Positions 1 through 9,304 of a DNA stretch of 64,000 nucleotides are shown one piece after another. The DNA comes from a virus (lineage: Duplodnaviria; Caudoviricetes): the IMG/VR virus record IMGVR_UViG_3300021399_000159, positions 2,753 to 66,752 of that record; one strand, given 5' to 3'. A program made the position numbers and the translations under genes. Position 1 is the first letter of the stretch, and each line of letters starts with the position of its first letter. The notes below the pieces were generated by a model. The model was not told the DNA's origin. It saw only the letters and a list, made by a program, of their open reading frames with translations, and made no database searches.

Positions 1-171
1 GATCTTTGCCCATCCGCCACGCTTTGAGGACATACGATCCAGTTTCAGAAAGTCATCCGCAATGTGTGCGGACATTGTGTAGTAAAGCATCCCATTCAGA
101 ACAAAACCAACGATATAAGCAGTAGCCACGGCGAGGGCGTTGTAGCGGGCGATCATTTCATTGCGAGTCAT
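1..171 (-). CDS. Hypothetical early protein, truncated at window edge
   Basis: ATG at 171 (minus) with AGAAAGGAAGG RBS and TTGACA-17-TATACT promoter (239..211); open to position 1 (MTRNEMIARYNALAV...KLDRMSSKRGGWAKI). Confidence 0.75.
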   Translation of the reverse strand, partial: MTRNEMIARYNALAVATAYIVGFVLNGMLYYTMSAHIADDFLKLDRMSSKRGGWAKI

Positions 172-210
172 TTTATTTCCTTCCTTTCTGTTCCCCCTTG
201 GAACATCTTA

Positions 211-343
211 AGTATATCACTTCCCGGCCCGAATGTCAACCCCTTTGATGAAAAAATTTTCGGCCGGCCAATTTCAATTTCGCCGGCCGAATTTGTATAT
301 ACAAATTTTAATCCTTGACTTATCCCATAATTTCATATATAAT
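211..343. promoter_or_regulatory. Divergent pair of sigma70/sigmaA promoters
   Basis: Minus: TTGACA(239-234)-17-TATACT(216-211). Plus: TTGACT(315-320)-17-TATAAT(338-343). Two GCCGGC boxes and palindrome AATTTGTATATACAAATT lie between. Confidence 0.85.
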
Positions 344-363
344 ATATGTATGAGGTGAGAGAG

Positions 364-507
364 ATGGAGAAACTGGTAATGAAATTTGGTTTTGCAATCT
401 TCCTATTTTGTGCTATGTGCGCCGTATTGATTGGATCCCGTTTCATATGGGGCGCATGCGTTGGCGCAGCTATTACCTTATTCGCATGGTTCTTTGATGA
501 GGACTAA
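364..507 (+). CDS. Small membrane peptide (47 aa)
   Basis: GAGGTGA RBS, ATG 364, TAA 507; two hydrophobic stretches; below ORF-track cut-off. Confidence 0.7.
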   Translation: MEKLVMKFGFAIFLFCAMCAVLIGSRFIWGACVGAAITLFAWFFDED

Positions 508-597
508 ATCTGCCGGCCGCGCGGGATGTTCAATCTGGTCAGAAATTTTCCCAAATAAGTGATTGTTCTGATCCTATAGGTATGATAAAATATCAGT

Positions 598-850
598 GTC
601 AGGTGAGGGAAGGCAAAGCCCGAAACGGGTGTGACCCATGAGAGTCAGTAAGACCATTCCCGATGAACCAACCGCACGCCGAAAGAGCGAGATGGTGCGG
701 TATACAGTGTGGCGAGCACTGGGATCCGAAAGGGTTCAAATGTCGAGGCAGCACCTGCAGGGGACTGAAACAGGCAGGGATTCATCTCGTGAAGACCTCC
801 CCTTCCACCTCTGAAACGCACTTCTGAAGAAAGCGTCCCTCAAGTGGTAA
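598..850 (+). ncRNA. Putative structured non-coding RNA (~250 nt)
   Basis: Own promoter (TTGTTC 563-17-TAAAAT 586) and terminator (851-880); closing stem 601-613/801-810; several stems, some capped by GAAA tetraloops; no RBS-supported ORF. Confidence 0.65.
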
Positions 851-880
851 AAATGCCGCCATGTAGGCGGCATTTCATTT
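851..880 (+). terminator. Intrinsic terminator
   Basis: AAATGCCGCC-ATGTA-GGCGGCATTT followed by T-rich tail. Confidence 0.75.
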
Positions 881-1051
881 TGCTTTCATGTTAGTTCCGT
901 CTAACCGCGCCGGCTAACCCCTCTCCCAAAATCAGCCGGCGCGCCACCACTTGTCTAATTTGGTTTTTAATTTGCCCATAATTCATATAACAAAAGTATT
1001 GACAATTCTTTCCCATTATGGTATCATTTAACCATCGAAGGAGGCGGACTA

Positions 1052-1213
1052 ATGAAACGAGCAGGATACAAGCGTCACGATGAACTGGCCGCATGGGATC
1101 TGAATGCAGGTTGCCGCCGTTGGGTTAATCAAGCTTCCCCTGCTAATCGGCGCTTGAAGAAAAAACTTCGGCGGCAGGCACGGAAAAAACTTGACAGAAC
1201 ACTTTGGAACTGA
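1052..1213 (+). CDS. Small basic protein (53 aa)
   Basis: GGAGG RBS, promoter 999-1027, Arg/Lys-rich C-terminus. Confidence 0.7.
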   Translation: MKRAGYKRHDELAAWDLNAGCRRWVNQASPANRRLKKKLRRQARKKLDRTLWN

Positions 1214-1251
1214 TATAATATACTCGTAAGAAAGAAAGGGAGGATTTCAAG

Positions 1252-1410
1252 ATGGATAAGTACGAATATGAGGATTCTTACTGGGACGAATATGACCAGT
1301 CCATGCCCGATCCTGAGGACGATTACCCCGAGGATGACTACTACGAGGACTGGGACAACCTTGAATGTGGTTTTGACCCTTACATGGGTTGCTACTCGGA
1401 CGATTGCTAA
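1252..1410 (+). CDS. Very acidic peptide (52 aa)
   Basis: GGAGG RBS; MDKYEYEDSYWDEYD...GFDPYMGCYSDDC; about 21 D/E vs 1 K. Confidence 0.75.
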   Translation: MDKYEYEDSYWDEYDQSMPDPEDDYPEDDYYEDWDNLECGFDPYMGCYSDDC

Positions 1411-1588
1411 TCGTCCGTAGTCGCGCCGGCTAATTTCATTTAGGTACCGAATGATTCTAGCCGGCGCCCTGTGCCAGCCGGCGCCGCCTAAAACTTAACA
1501 GAATTGTAACAAAATTATACTTGATTTTGTAACAATCATATGGTATTATATACTTGTCCGAAGGGGACAGGAAAGGAAGGAAAGAAAA

Positions 1589-1864
1589 ATGACAATCCGC
1601 AAGTTCAACGATCATCCCTACGCACAGGCGACTATCATCGAATCTACCGATGGCGCAAAGGCACTGGTAAGCTACCGCACTACAGTGGTCACCGTTGATA
1701 ATGAAGGCTGGCTCCATGTGAACGGGCTGTATAGCATGACTACTATTAGGCACATCGGCTGGTTCATGCGGGAGCTGGGGTTCACCTACCAGCTGGCTAA
1801 ACAGCTGTACAATGATCGCAAGGAAATGAATATTTATACAGGGGAGGTGATTGACTGTGACTAA
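1589..1864 (+). CDS. Hypothetical protein
   Basis: ORF track; AAGGAAGG RBS; own promoter. Confidence 0.8.
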   Translation: MTIRKFNDHPYAQATIIESTDGAKALVSYRTTVVTVDNEGWLHVNGLYSMTTIRHIGWFMRELGFTYQLAKQLYNDRKEMNIYTGEVIDCD

Positions 1865-2093
1865 TGAAAACCGTGTTCGGCATTGGGCCTTCCTGTGGTG
1901 GAACTTCAACCAAACTCCGCCCGTTGATATCCGTATTGAAGTTATGAAGTATATACAAGCACATCCACAGGATTTTAAAGGCGCGGGTCCTCAGTGATTC
2001 GTGCCGGCGCACGTCACAAAATTGTAACAAAATTAATTGTTGACTTATAATAAATTTTATGCTATAATTATTCCAGAAAGTGAGGGATATGAA

Positions 2094-2321
2094 ATGGTAA
2101 AAATCACGAAAGGTATGGCACGGAAACTGTATAACGAGGGCAAGGAAATTATGATCCTTCCTAATAGAATAAAGGCCAATAGCCCGTTGGCAAGTTGGAT
2201 TTCTAAACCTTCTGAGCCTATGTTTATGGATACCTTTGACAAGGTATGTGATGCGGTTTTCTATTACAATTGCTCTCCCGAAACTGGCATGACATTGGCT
2301 TACTACGCGAAGGAAGTCTAA
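2094..2321 (+). CDS. Hypothetical protein (75 aa)
   Basis: Start moved to ATG 2094 behind GAGGG RBS; the upstream part of the tracked ORF overlaps the promoter. Confidence 0.75.
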   Translation: MVKITKGMARKLYNEGKEIMILPNRIKANSPLASWISKPSEPMFMDTFDKVCDAVFYYNCSPETGMTLAYYAKEV

Positions 2322-2673
2322 CTTCCCTCGCACGCAGCCGGCCGCCGATTTAACAAAATTGTAACACTTTCGTTCTTCCTTTGTAATATCTTTATGGTAT
2401 AATAATCATGTCGAAAGGGGAAGGGTGAGCGTAAGCGGACTCGAACGAGAAACAAAAAAAGTTTCAGATACCCCTTGACCGCCACCACAAACTGTGGTAC
2501 AATAACAATGTCGGAAGGGGAAGCCAAGAAGGTCACTAACCACAGTGCTCCCCAACCCCGACAGAAACTTTGAAAAAAGTTTCAAAAAACCCTTGACATT
2601 CTCACAGAAATGTGATAGAATGAATATGAAAAGAGGGGAAGGAAAACCCCACAAACCAGAAAGGGTAACCGCC

Positions 2674-3063
2674 ATGAAGAAAAACACTATCCGCATCCTT
2701 GCCAATGTCCTGTCTACCATGCCTGAAGGTACTATGCTCGATAACCCTCTGTTCGATGGAGCCGCTACCACTCGCAAGCAGATTCCTGCTTCTGAGCTGT
2801 ATGACGAGCTGAACGCTGAGCTGAACAAGGGAGCTGAGGAAAAGGCTCGGAACGCTGAGCTGTACGATGCCGCCAAAGCGGTTGTGATGGACGAGCTCGG
2901 TACCACCGATAAGGCTGTGACCATCGGCGAGCTGTTCGAAGCCATCGAGGACAAGCTGCCCAAGGGCTTCACGAAGGGCAAGCTCCAGTACGCTGTGACT
3001 CGGCTCTGGAAGGACGAAATCGTCCGCACCGAGGGTAAGGTTAACACCTACGCCAAGGCGTAA
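2674..3063 (+). CDS. Winged-helix DNA-binding protein, paralog 1
   Basis: C-terminal TIGELFEAI...TKGKLQYAVTRLWKDEIVRTEGKVNTY wHTH pattern; AAACCAGAAAGG leader; paralog of 7211, 8208, 9532. Confidence 0.75.
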   Translation: MKKNTIRILANVLSTMPEGTMLDNPLFDGAATTRKQIPASELYDELNAELNKGAEEKARNAELYDAAKAVVMDELGTTDKAVTIGELFEAIEDKLPKGFTKGKLQYAVTRLWKDEIVRTEGKVNTYAKA

Positions 3064-3068
3064 TTTGA

Positions 3069-3100
3069 AAAGGGGAAGGGAAACCTTCCCCTTTCCTTTT
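3069..3100 (+). terminator. Intrinsic terminator
   Basis: GGGGAAGG-GAAA-CCTTCCCC + T run. Confidence 0.75.
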
Positions 3101-3234
3101 GCTGTAGAGTTAGTCTCCGCTAACCGCGCCGGCGCGAATTTGTTAATAGAATTGTAACAATTTCACTATTGACTTTTCTTTACAGTATGGTATAATAAGA
3201 TTGTTCCAAGAAGAACGGAAAGGACGGATTGAGA

Positions 3235-3504
3235 ATGAAACTTTATTGTAAAAGAGAATGGGAAGCCGATATATCAGATGAAATGATTATAAAAGCAGTA
3301 GATGAGTATGTACATAAAAATTTTTATCGCAATTACTATTCGTTAATGAATCGCAGAGATGTGCAATGGATTGCAGAATCTATAGTTAAAAAAATGACTG
3401 ATTATGATCAATATCCTAATGAGTTCACGAAACCCTTACGTACACGCATCCGTGAAATTATTACACAGCGCATAAAGGAGATAGAAGAAAATGCAGACGA
3501 TTAA
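3235..3504 (+). CDS. Hypothetical protein
   Basis: ORF track; RBS; own promoter. Confidence 0.75.
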   Translation: MKLYCKREWEADISDEMIIKAVDEYVHKNFYRNYYSLMNRRDVQWIAESIVKKMTDYDQYPNEFTKPLRTRIREIITQRIKEIEENADD

Positions 3505-3745
3505 AAACTGGTTCGGTATTGAAACCCCTTACCACTTTGAATGGAATGACCTTCGATGCGGAATTACTATCCTTAACGTAATTCTAATTATGCTCTTCGG
3601 TTTGCAGGTATCATGGTTCGGACTCGCTATCGCCCTCTTCGGCGTGTGTAAAGACTTCTCTCAGCATCGGCATATCAATGATATTCTGATGCATTTCTCA
3701 AGCGTAGTCCTCAACCTTTACTTCCTTTCCCTCCTCTATAAGTAG
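3491..3745 (+). CDS. Small membrane protein (ends at TAG in standard code)
   Basis: Hydrophobic segments; TAG stop sits in terminator hairpin AAGTAGA-CTTCGG-TCTACTT. Confidence 0.7.
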   Translation: MQTIKNWFGIETPYHFEWNDLRCGITILNVILIMLFGLQVSWFGLAIALFGVCKDFSQHRHINDILMHFSSVVLNLYFLSLLYK

Positions 3746-3854
3746 ACTTCGGTCTACTTTTTCAGCCGGCGTCCCGTAACAGAAACTTAACAATTTTATC
3801 TATTGACAAATCCCAAATCTATGATATAATAATATTGAAAGTGAGGTATGAAGT

Positions 3855-4115
3855 ATGAAAATGAGAAACTTGATCATGGACACAAGCGACCTTTCCTTTG
3901 AAGAACTGGATGCCCTTATCCGCCAGTTGAAGGAAGCACGTGCACGCAAAGGTGAAGCACGAGCATGCCATCAGAACTTCTCCGCAATGATTGAGAACAT
4001 GAGGGAAAAGAATCTTGTGTTCTGTAGCAAGCACACGGGCGAAATTTTAAATCCGAATGATTGGGAAGTATATGATAGTTTGACTCATGCAACATATCCC
4101 GAAAAGGATAAGTAA
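3855..4115 (+). CDS. Hypothetical protein
   Basis: ORF track; GAGGT RBS; own promoter. Confidence 0.75.
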   Translation: MKMRNLIMDTSDLSFEELDALIRQLKEARARKGEARACHQNFSAMIENMREKNLVFCSKHTGEILNPNDWEVYDSLTHATYPEKDK

Positions 4116-4261
4116 TAAGGTAAATTAGCGCAAGCTAACTTCCGCCGGCCAATTTCAGCCGGCCGCCAGATTTAACAGAAATGTAACAATTTTCCCCTTG
4201 ACAATCCCGTAATCCTCGTGTATAATTTAGGTACAGAGAGAGGAAAGGAAGGTACGAAAGA

Positions 4262-4711
4262 ATGAGGACGATTTGGTGGGATATGGATGGCACGATCGCC
4301 AACTTATATGCGGTTGATAACTGGCTTCCGATGCTTCGGGCAGAAGATACCACGCCCTATATAGAAGCTGAAGTGATGTGGAACATGAGCCAACTGGCTC
4401 GACTGATGAATCAGGTACAGAAGCTCGGTTATAAGCTCGGAATCATCAGCTGGACAAGCAAAGGCGGCTCGGCAAGCTACAACGAAGCTGTGAAACAGGC
4501 GAAGCTGGGCTGGCTGAATAAGCACCTCGCAAGCGTCAACTGGGATAACATCTGCGTGGTAAGCTACGGCACTCCGAAAAGCCTTGTAATGCAGGGCGAA
4601 GATGATATTCTATTTGATGATGAAGAACCTAATAGAGATGCTTGGCTCGGTGAAGCTTACGAACCTGAAATGATGATTAAGGTATTGAAAGCACTGCTTG
4701 GAAAGGAATGA
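4262..4711 (+). CDS. HAD-superfamily phosphatase (5'-nucleotidase/NT5C-like)
   Basis: N-terminal DMDGT (DxDGT) motif; ISWTS motif II; LFDD motif IV. Confidence 0.8.
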   Translation: MRTIWWDMDGTIANLYAVDNWLPMLRAEDTTPYIEAEVMWNMSQLARLMNQVQKLGYKLGIISWTSKGGSASYNEAVKQAKLGWLNKHLASVNWDNICVVSYGTPKSLVMQGEDDILFDDEEPNRDAWLGEAYEPEMMIKVLKALLGKE

Positions 4712-4716
4712 TAATT

Positions 4717-4935
4717 ATGAAGTATGTACAGACTTATAAAACCATTTGTATTGATAATCAGACCTTGGAGCAATTGAAAGACGTTAATAAACTTTTAGAC
4801 ACTATTACCTCTGAATTAGAAGAACTTGCAAAAGAAGATAAAAATTATGAAAATATTGCTAATGATGCATGGGACGCAAGCGCCGCACTTGATGACTTTT
4901 TGACTTCTTATCAGTGCGAAGTTACACGCGACTAA
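4717..4935 (+). CDS. Hypothetical protein
   Basis: ORF track; GAAAGGA RBS. Confidence 0.7.
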   Translation: MKYVQTYKTICIDNQTLEQLKDVNKLLDTITSELEELAKEDKNYENIANDAWDASAALDDFLTSYQCEVTRD

Positions 4936-5133
4936 TTTTGCGCCGGCCCGCCAGTTGTACGGACAATTTTGTATACAGTATTCTTATAAAATTTTTATTG
5001 ACAAATTTCAAATTTTATGATATAATATATATGAAAGTTGAGGAGAGGAAGAAAAATTTCCCCTAACCAACCCCTTGACAATCGCCAAATGTTGTGATAT
5101 AATATGTGCGTAAAAGGAAAGGAGAGATGCCAA

Positions 5134-5541
5134 ATGACTAAGGCTCAACTTGAAACCAAACTCCGTAACCGTTTCCTGTCTTTCATCACCCAGACCATTT
5201 CTCAGGAAATGGAAATTGATGCGCTTCCTGTTAGCGCAAGTGAACTTGCTGTCCCTTGCCTTGACGATGAAGGCAATGAAACGTGGGCATTGGTAAAGGT
5301 TTCCATCCCTCGTGGTACTCGGAATGGTGAAGGCGGTTATAATCCCTACAATGGCTATGCGCTTGCAGAAGAATACGCACAGGATTGCGTAGAAAAGGCA
5401 CAGAAGAAAGCCGATGCTGAAGCGAAGAAGCAGAAGAAAATCGCCGCGGACGAAAAGAAACGCGCCGAAAAGAAAGCGCTTGCCGAAGCCAATAAGAACC
5501 TTAAAGAACTCCGCAAAATTAAGGACACGCCTACGGCGTGA
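5134..5541 (+). CDS. Hypothetical protein with Lys/Ala-rich coiled-coil tail
   Basis: RBS AAAGGAG; similar architecture to 10307..10657. Confidence 0.75.
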   Translation: MTKAQLETKLRNRFLSFITQTISQEMEIDALPVSASELAVPCLDDEGNETWALVKVSIPRGTRNGEGGYNPYNGYALAEEYAQDCVEKAQKKADAEAKKQKKIAADEKKRAEKKALAEANKNLKELRKIKDTPTA

Positions 5542-5698
5542 TCCTTTTTTTATTACTATAGTTAGTTATGACTAACCGCGCCGGCCGCCGAGATTTAACA
5601 CTTTTGTAACAATTTTAGTGTTGACATTTTCTCTACATATGGTATAATACCTATGAAAGTTGAAGGAAAACAACACAAACCAGAAAGGGTATTCCACT

Positions 5699-6352
5699 AT
5701 GGCAAAATTTCTCTTCATGGATTCCGAAACAGCAGAAACTAACATTGTCGATGGTCAACTTGATGTAACCAATGGGCAGGTTTATGACCTTGGTCTGATG
5801 GTGATTGACGAGAATGGTAAGATGTATGACCAGATTAGCATGGTAAATGAAGATGTATTTTTTGGTATGCCTGAATCCATGAAGAACGCTTATTATGCGA
5901 ACAAGATTCCACAATATCTTGAGGATATACGGATGGGTAAGCGCAAGATCGTGAATAGTTGGCAGATGTACAAAATCTTTGCGAAAATGTTTCAAAAGTA
6001 TGACATCTCCGCAGTAGTTGCCCACAATGCCTTTTTCGATGTTAAGGTTCTCAACTCTACGATGCGTTATCAGACAAAGAGTTGCGTGCGGTGGTTTTTG
6101 CCTTGGGGTACAGAGATTATTGACACACTGAAACTTGCTCGTAACACTTTTGGAAAAGATCCGAAATATGTTGAATGGTGCAAGGCAAATGGATATATGA
6201 CGAACCATGCAACTCCTCGCCCTCGCTTGACCGCAGAGATTCTTTACAGATATATTACAGGAAATGACGAATTTATTGAGAGCCATACAGGGCTTGAAGA
6301 TGTACAGATCGAAGCAGACATTTTCCTTAAGATGATGAAAATGGGCGAGTAA
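5699..6352 (+). CDS. DEDDh 3'-5' exonuclease
   Basis: Exo I DSET (DxE), Exo II AHNAFFD, Exo III HTGLED; AAACCAGAAAGG leader. Confidence 0.85.
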   Translation: MAKFLFMDSETAETNIVDGQLDVTNGQVYDLGLMVIDENGKMYDQISMVNEDVFFGMPESMKNAYYANKIPQYLEDIRMGKRKIVNSWQMYKIFAKMFQKYDISAVVAHNAFFDVKVLNSTMRYQTKSCVRWFLPWGTEIIDTLKLARNTFGKDPKYVEWCKANGYMTNHATPRPRLTAEILYRYITGNDEFIESHTGLEDVQIEADIFLKMMKMGE

Positions 6353-6472
6353 TCGCCCATTTTTTCCATTCGCGCCGGCCGAAAAAATTAACACTTTTGT
6401 AATAATTTTATAATTGACACCACCCTCTTATTCTGATATAATAAGTATGTAAAAAGGAAAGGGGAATTTGAA

Positions 6473-6958
6473 ATGCGGAACTATGAAGAAAGAGCCAAAG
6501 ATTTTATCCACCAGATTTTCCCGTATCTTGTAGATTGCACGCACCATGAAGATCGCGAATGGGCAGTTACGTCCTTCAATATGGATTACAAGCGGAAGGT
6601 AAAATATGCTCATGGTATTTCCCGCTATGCCCTTATTACTTCTGACTATGTAGTAAAGGTAGACTATGCTACTACTCGTTGGGGCGATAGTGAAGATGAA
6701 ATGGAAGTCTATCAGGAAGCCTTAGCAGATGGATTTGAATATTTATTCGCTAAAATTTCCCGTTATACATATAATGGATGCACATTTTATATTATGCCCC
6801 GTATCTATGGTATCGGAAAGTATATATATGATGCCGATGAATATCTAACTCCCAGTGAAAATGATTGGGTATCTGACCACGTATGCGACTTACATAATGA
6901 AAATTATGGTTGGAAAAATGGCCATGTAGTTATCTTTGATTACGCCGCTCGGCGCTAA
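6473..6958 (+). CDS. Minimal protein-kinase-like protein (161 aa)
   Basis: GISRYA...VVK (Gly loop + catalytic Lys), EDEMEVY (alphaC Glu), DLHNEN (catalytic loop), IFDYA (DFG-like). Confidence 0.65.
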   Translation: MRNYEERAKDFIHQIFPYLVDCTHHEDREWAVTSFNMDYKRKVKYAHGISRYALITSDYVVKVDYATTRWGDSEDEMEVYQEALADGFEYLFAKISRYTYNGCTFYIMPRIYGIGKYIYDADEYLTPSENDWVSDHVCDLHNENYGWKNGHVVIFDYAARR

Positions 6959-7210
6959 CCGATCGGCCGGCCGCCGATTGTATACAGTATTCTTCTAATT
7001 TTATACTTGACACCCTATATAATTTCTGCTATAATATAATTGTTCCGAGGGGAACAGACCTCAAACGAAGGCGCCAAATGTTTGAGGGAGTTCCCCAAGG
7101 AAAAAGTTTGAAAAAAGTTTTGAAAAAGACTTGACAAACATCAAAACCTATGATATACTAATCACGAACAAAGGGAAGGACACCCTATAAACCAGAAAGG
7201 AATGACCACT

Positions 7211-7549
7211 ATGAAGAAAGCCACCATGAACACCATCCTGTCCCTCATCGCTACCATCGACACTCCCGAAGCCGAAGCGGTTCGTGCGGAATTGAACGCC
7301 GAACTGGCTAAGGGTGCGGAAAAAGCGCAGGCTAATCGTGACCTGTACGCTTCCGCCCACGATGCGGTTATCTCGGCTCTGGCAGATGCTTCTGCCCCTG
7401 TGACCATGTCCGAACTGTGGGAAGCAGTTGAGGACAATATGCCCGAAGGCATGACCAAGGGCAAGATGCAGTATGCGGTGACTCGCCTGTGGACTGACGA
7501 GATCGTCAAGACCGAAGGCAAGGTCAATGCCTACTCTCTGAAGGCGTAA
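7211..7549 (+). CDS. Winged-helix DNA-binding protein, paralog 2
   Basis: TMSELWEAV...TKGKMQYAVTRLWTDEIVKTEGKVNAY; shared leader. Confidence 0.75.
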   Translation: MKKATMNTILSLIATIDTPEAEAVRAELNAELAKGAEKAQANRDLYASAHDAVISALADASAPVTMSELWEAVEDNMPEGMTKGKMQYAVTRLWTDEIVKTEGKVNAYSLKA

Positions 7550-8207
7550 GCCTTCAGAGAGCGAGGAAAATCATAGTTGGTAGGTATGGAAAGACCACGC
7601 AACCCCCACTGAACAAACCTCGTTAAAAAATGTACGGGAAGCAATGCGACTAAAAGACTCCAGGGCGCTTCATCGCGCCCCATTTTATTACTATTCCGCT
7701 TTAGCGCTTTAGCGCGTTAAAGCGGCCGGCCATTCCTAAAACTAGCCGGCCGCGAATTGTATACAGTATTCTTGAAAATTAGTGCTTGACTTCAGATAAA
7801 AACTCTGCTATAATATAATTGTTCCAAGAGGAGATGACGACCATTCCGAAGAAATCTTCGGCGGGGCGGTAAAGAAACGCACGCAGATAAGCACCCCAGA
7901 GGGTTGGCTTATAGGAAGAGGACATCAAAAAATTTTTTCAGAAACTTCTGAAAAACCCCTTGACAACAAGCAAATCCTGTGCTATAATAAGGATGTTCCC
8001 AGTAAGGGATGGACTTTCGGAGGTGAGAACTGACGGGTCGCCGTGAAATCTCCTGTAATCCCAAGGGGATGAAGCGGACAGGTTTCTCTCCATCTTCTCC
8101 TGCTAAGAAAAAAGATGGAAAAAAATACTTGACATCTTCCACGAAATGTGGTAAGATATATATGAAACAGAGGAAGGAAAACCTCACAAACCAGAAAGGT
8201 TACTACT

Positions 8208-8534
8208 ATGAAGAAAGCCACTCTGTCCGCCATCTACGATGCTCTGAAAGCCATTGACTTCGATGCTGATATGCTTGCTGAAGTCGAAAAGGATCTGACC
8301 AAGGGTGATGCCGAAAAGGCAAAGAACGCCGAAGTGTATGAGCAGGCGAAGCCTATCGTCCTCGGTGCTCTGTCTGATATCCCTGTGACCCTCGGCGAAC
8401 TCTACGATGAGGTCGTTAACGAACTGCCCGAAGGTTTCACCAAGGGCAAAGTCCAGTATGCCATCACTCGCCTGTGGGCAGATGATGTAACCAAGGTTGA
8501 GGGCAAGGTCAACTCCTACGCCCGCAAGGCGTAA
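8208..8534 (+). CDS. Winged-helix DNA-binding protein, paralog 3
   Basis: TLGELYDEV...TKGKVQYAITRLWADDVTKVEGKVNSY; shared leader. Confidence 0.75.
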   Translation: MKKATLSAIYDALKAIDFDADMLAEVEKDLTKGDAEKAKNAEVYEQAKPIVLGALSDIPVTLGELYDEVVNELPEGFTKGKVQYAITRLWADDVTKVEGKVNSYARKA

Positions 8535-8694
8535 TCTTCCTCAAGGGGTGCGACTTCTCGCACCCCAATTTCATTTCTGCATATTGTATACAGGATACCT
8601 CGTGCCGGCCGATTTAACAATCTTGTAACAATTTAGTAGTTGACTTGTAATATCTATTATGCTATAATAAGAGAGTCGAAGGGAGGAATATAAA

Positions 8695-8832
8695 ATGAAT
8701 GTGTACATCAAGAACTCCGAGGGTCAGCAGACAGTCCGCTACCTTCCACTGTTTAGAGCGATTTATCTGCGGTTGCTTGTGTTCGCAAGATACCGCAAGG
8801 ATGAAAGACCGATAGTAAGATTCGTAATTTGA
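8695..8832 (+). CDS. Small hypothetical protein (45 aa)
   Basis: GGAGG RBS; own promoter. Confidence 0.65.
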   Translation: MNVYIKNSEGQQTVRYLPLFRAIYLRLLVFARYRKDERPIVRFVI

Positions 8833-8846
8833 AAGGAGATTGAAGC

Positions 8847-9053
8847 ATGAAAAACTTTGCAGACTTTATCAAAGAAACTTATGACATTGAAATCCCGAAG
8901 GGCAATATCCCAGGCTCTTGGTTCATTCAGAACCATATTCCTATGGTGGTTCGTTGTTCCTGTTGTGATATGACAATGGCTTCACCTTCCGCATGGATTG
9001 ACGATGAGGGTTACACCTATTGCAGGGACTGCGCCGATATTAAGGAGGAATAA
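8847..9053 (+). CDS. Small Zn-finger-like protein
   Basis: CSCC and CRDC motifs. Confidence 0.7.
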   Translation: MKNFADFIKETYDIEIPKGNIPGSWFIQNHIPMVVRCSCCDMTMASPSAWIDDEGYTYCRDCADIKEE

Positions 9054-9055
9054 TA

Positions 9056-9304
9056 ATGACTATTTATGCAGTAACTGAAATAATCACCGAATCCAAAGAA
9101 CAAAATGCTTGGGGATACTATTCTTCATTAGAAAAAGCACAGCAGGCAATTTTAAAGCGAGTAGCCGAAGAATATACCGAAGAAGAAATGAAAAATTTTC
9201 ACTGGCAGTATGGAGATACTCGATATGTCACGCCTGACACTGATTGGGTTGCAGGATGTACCTATGATATTGAAGAATATGAATTAGATGGGGAGTTAGC
9301 GTAA
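9056..9304 (+). CDS. Acidic hypothetical protein (paralog of 11689..11955)
   Basis: Shared YSS.EKA.QA...R.AEEYT.EE and CTY.I..YELDG motifs. Confidence 0.75.
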   Translation: MTIYAVTEIITESKEQNAWGYYSSLEKAQQAILKRVAEEYTEEEMKNFHWQYGDTRYVTPDTDWVAGCTYDIEEYELDGELA

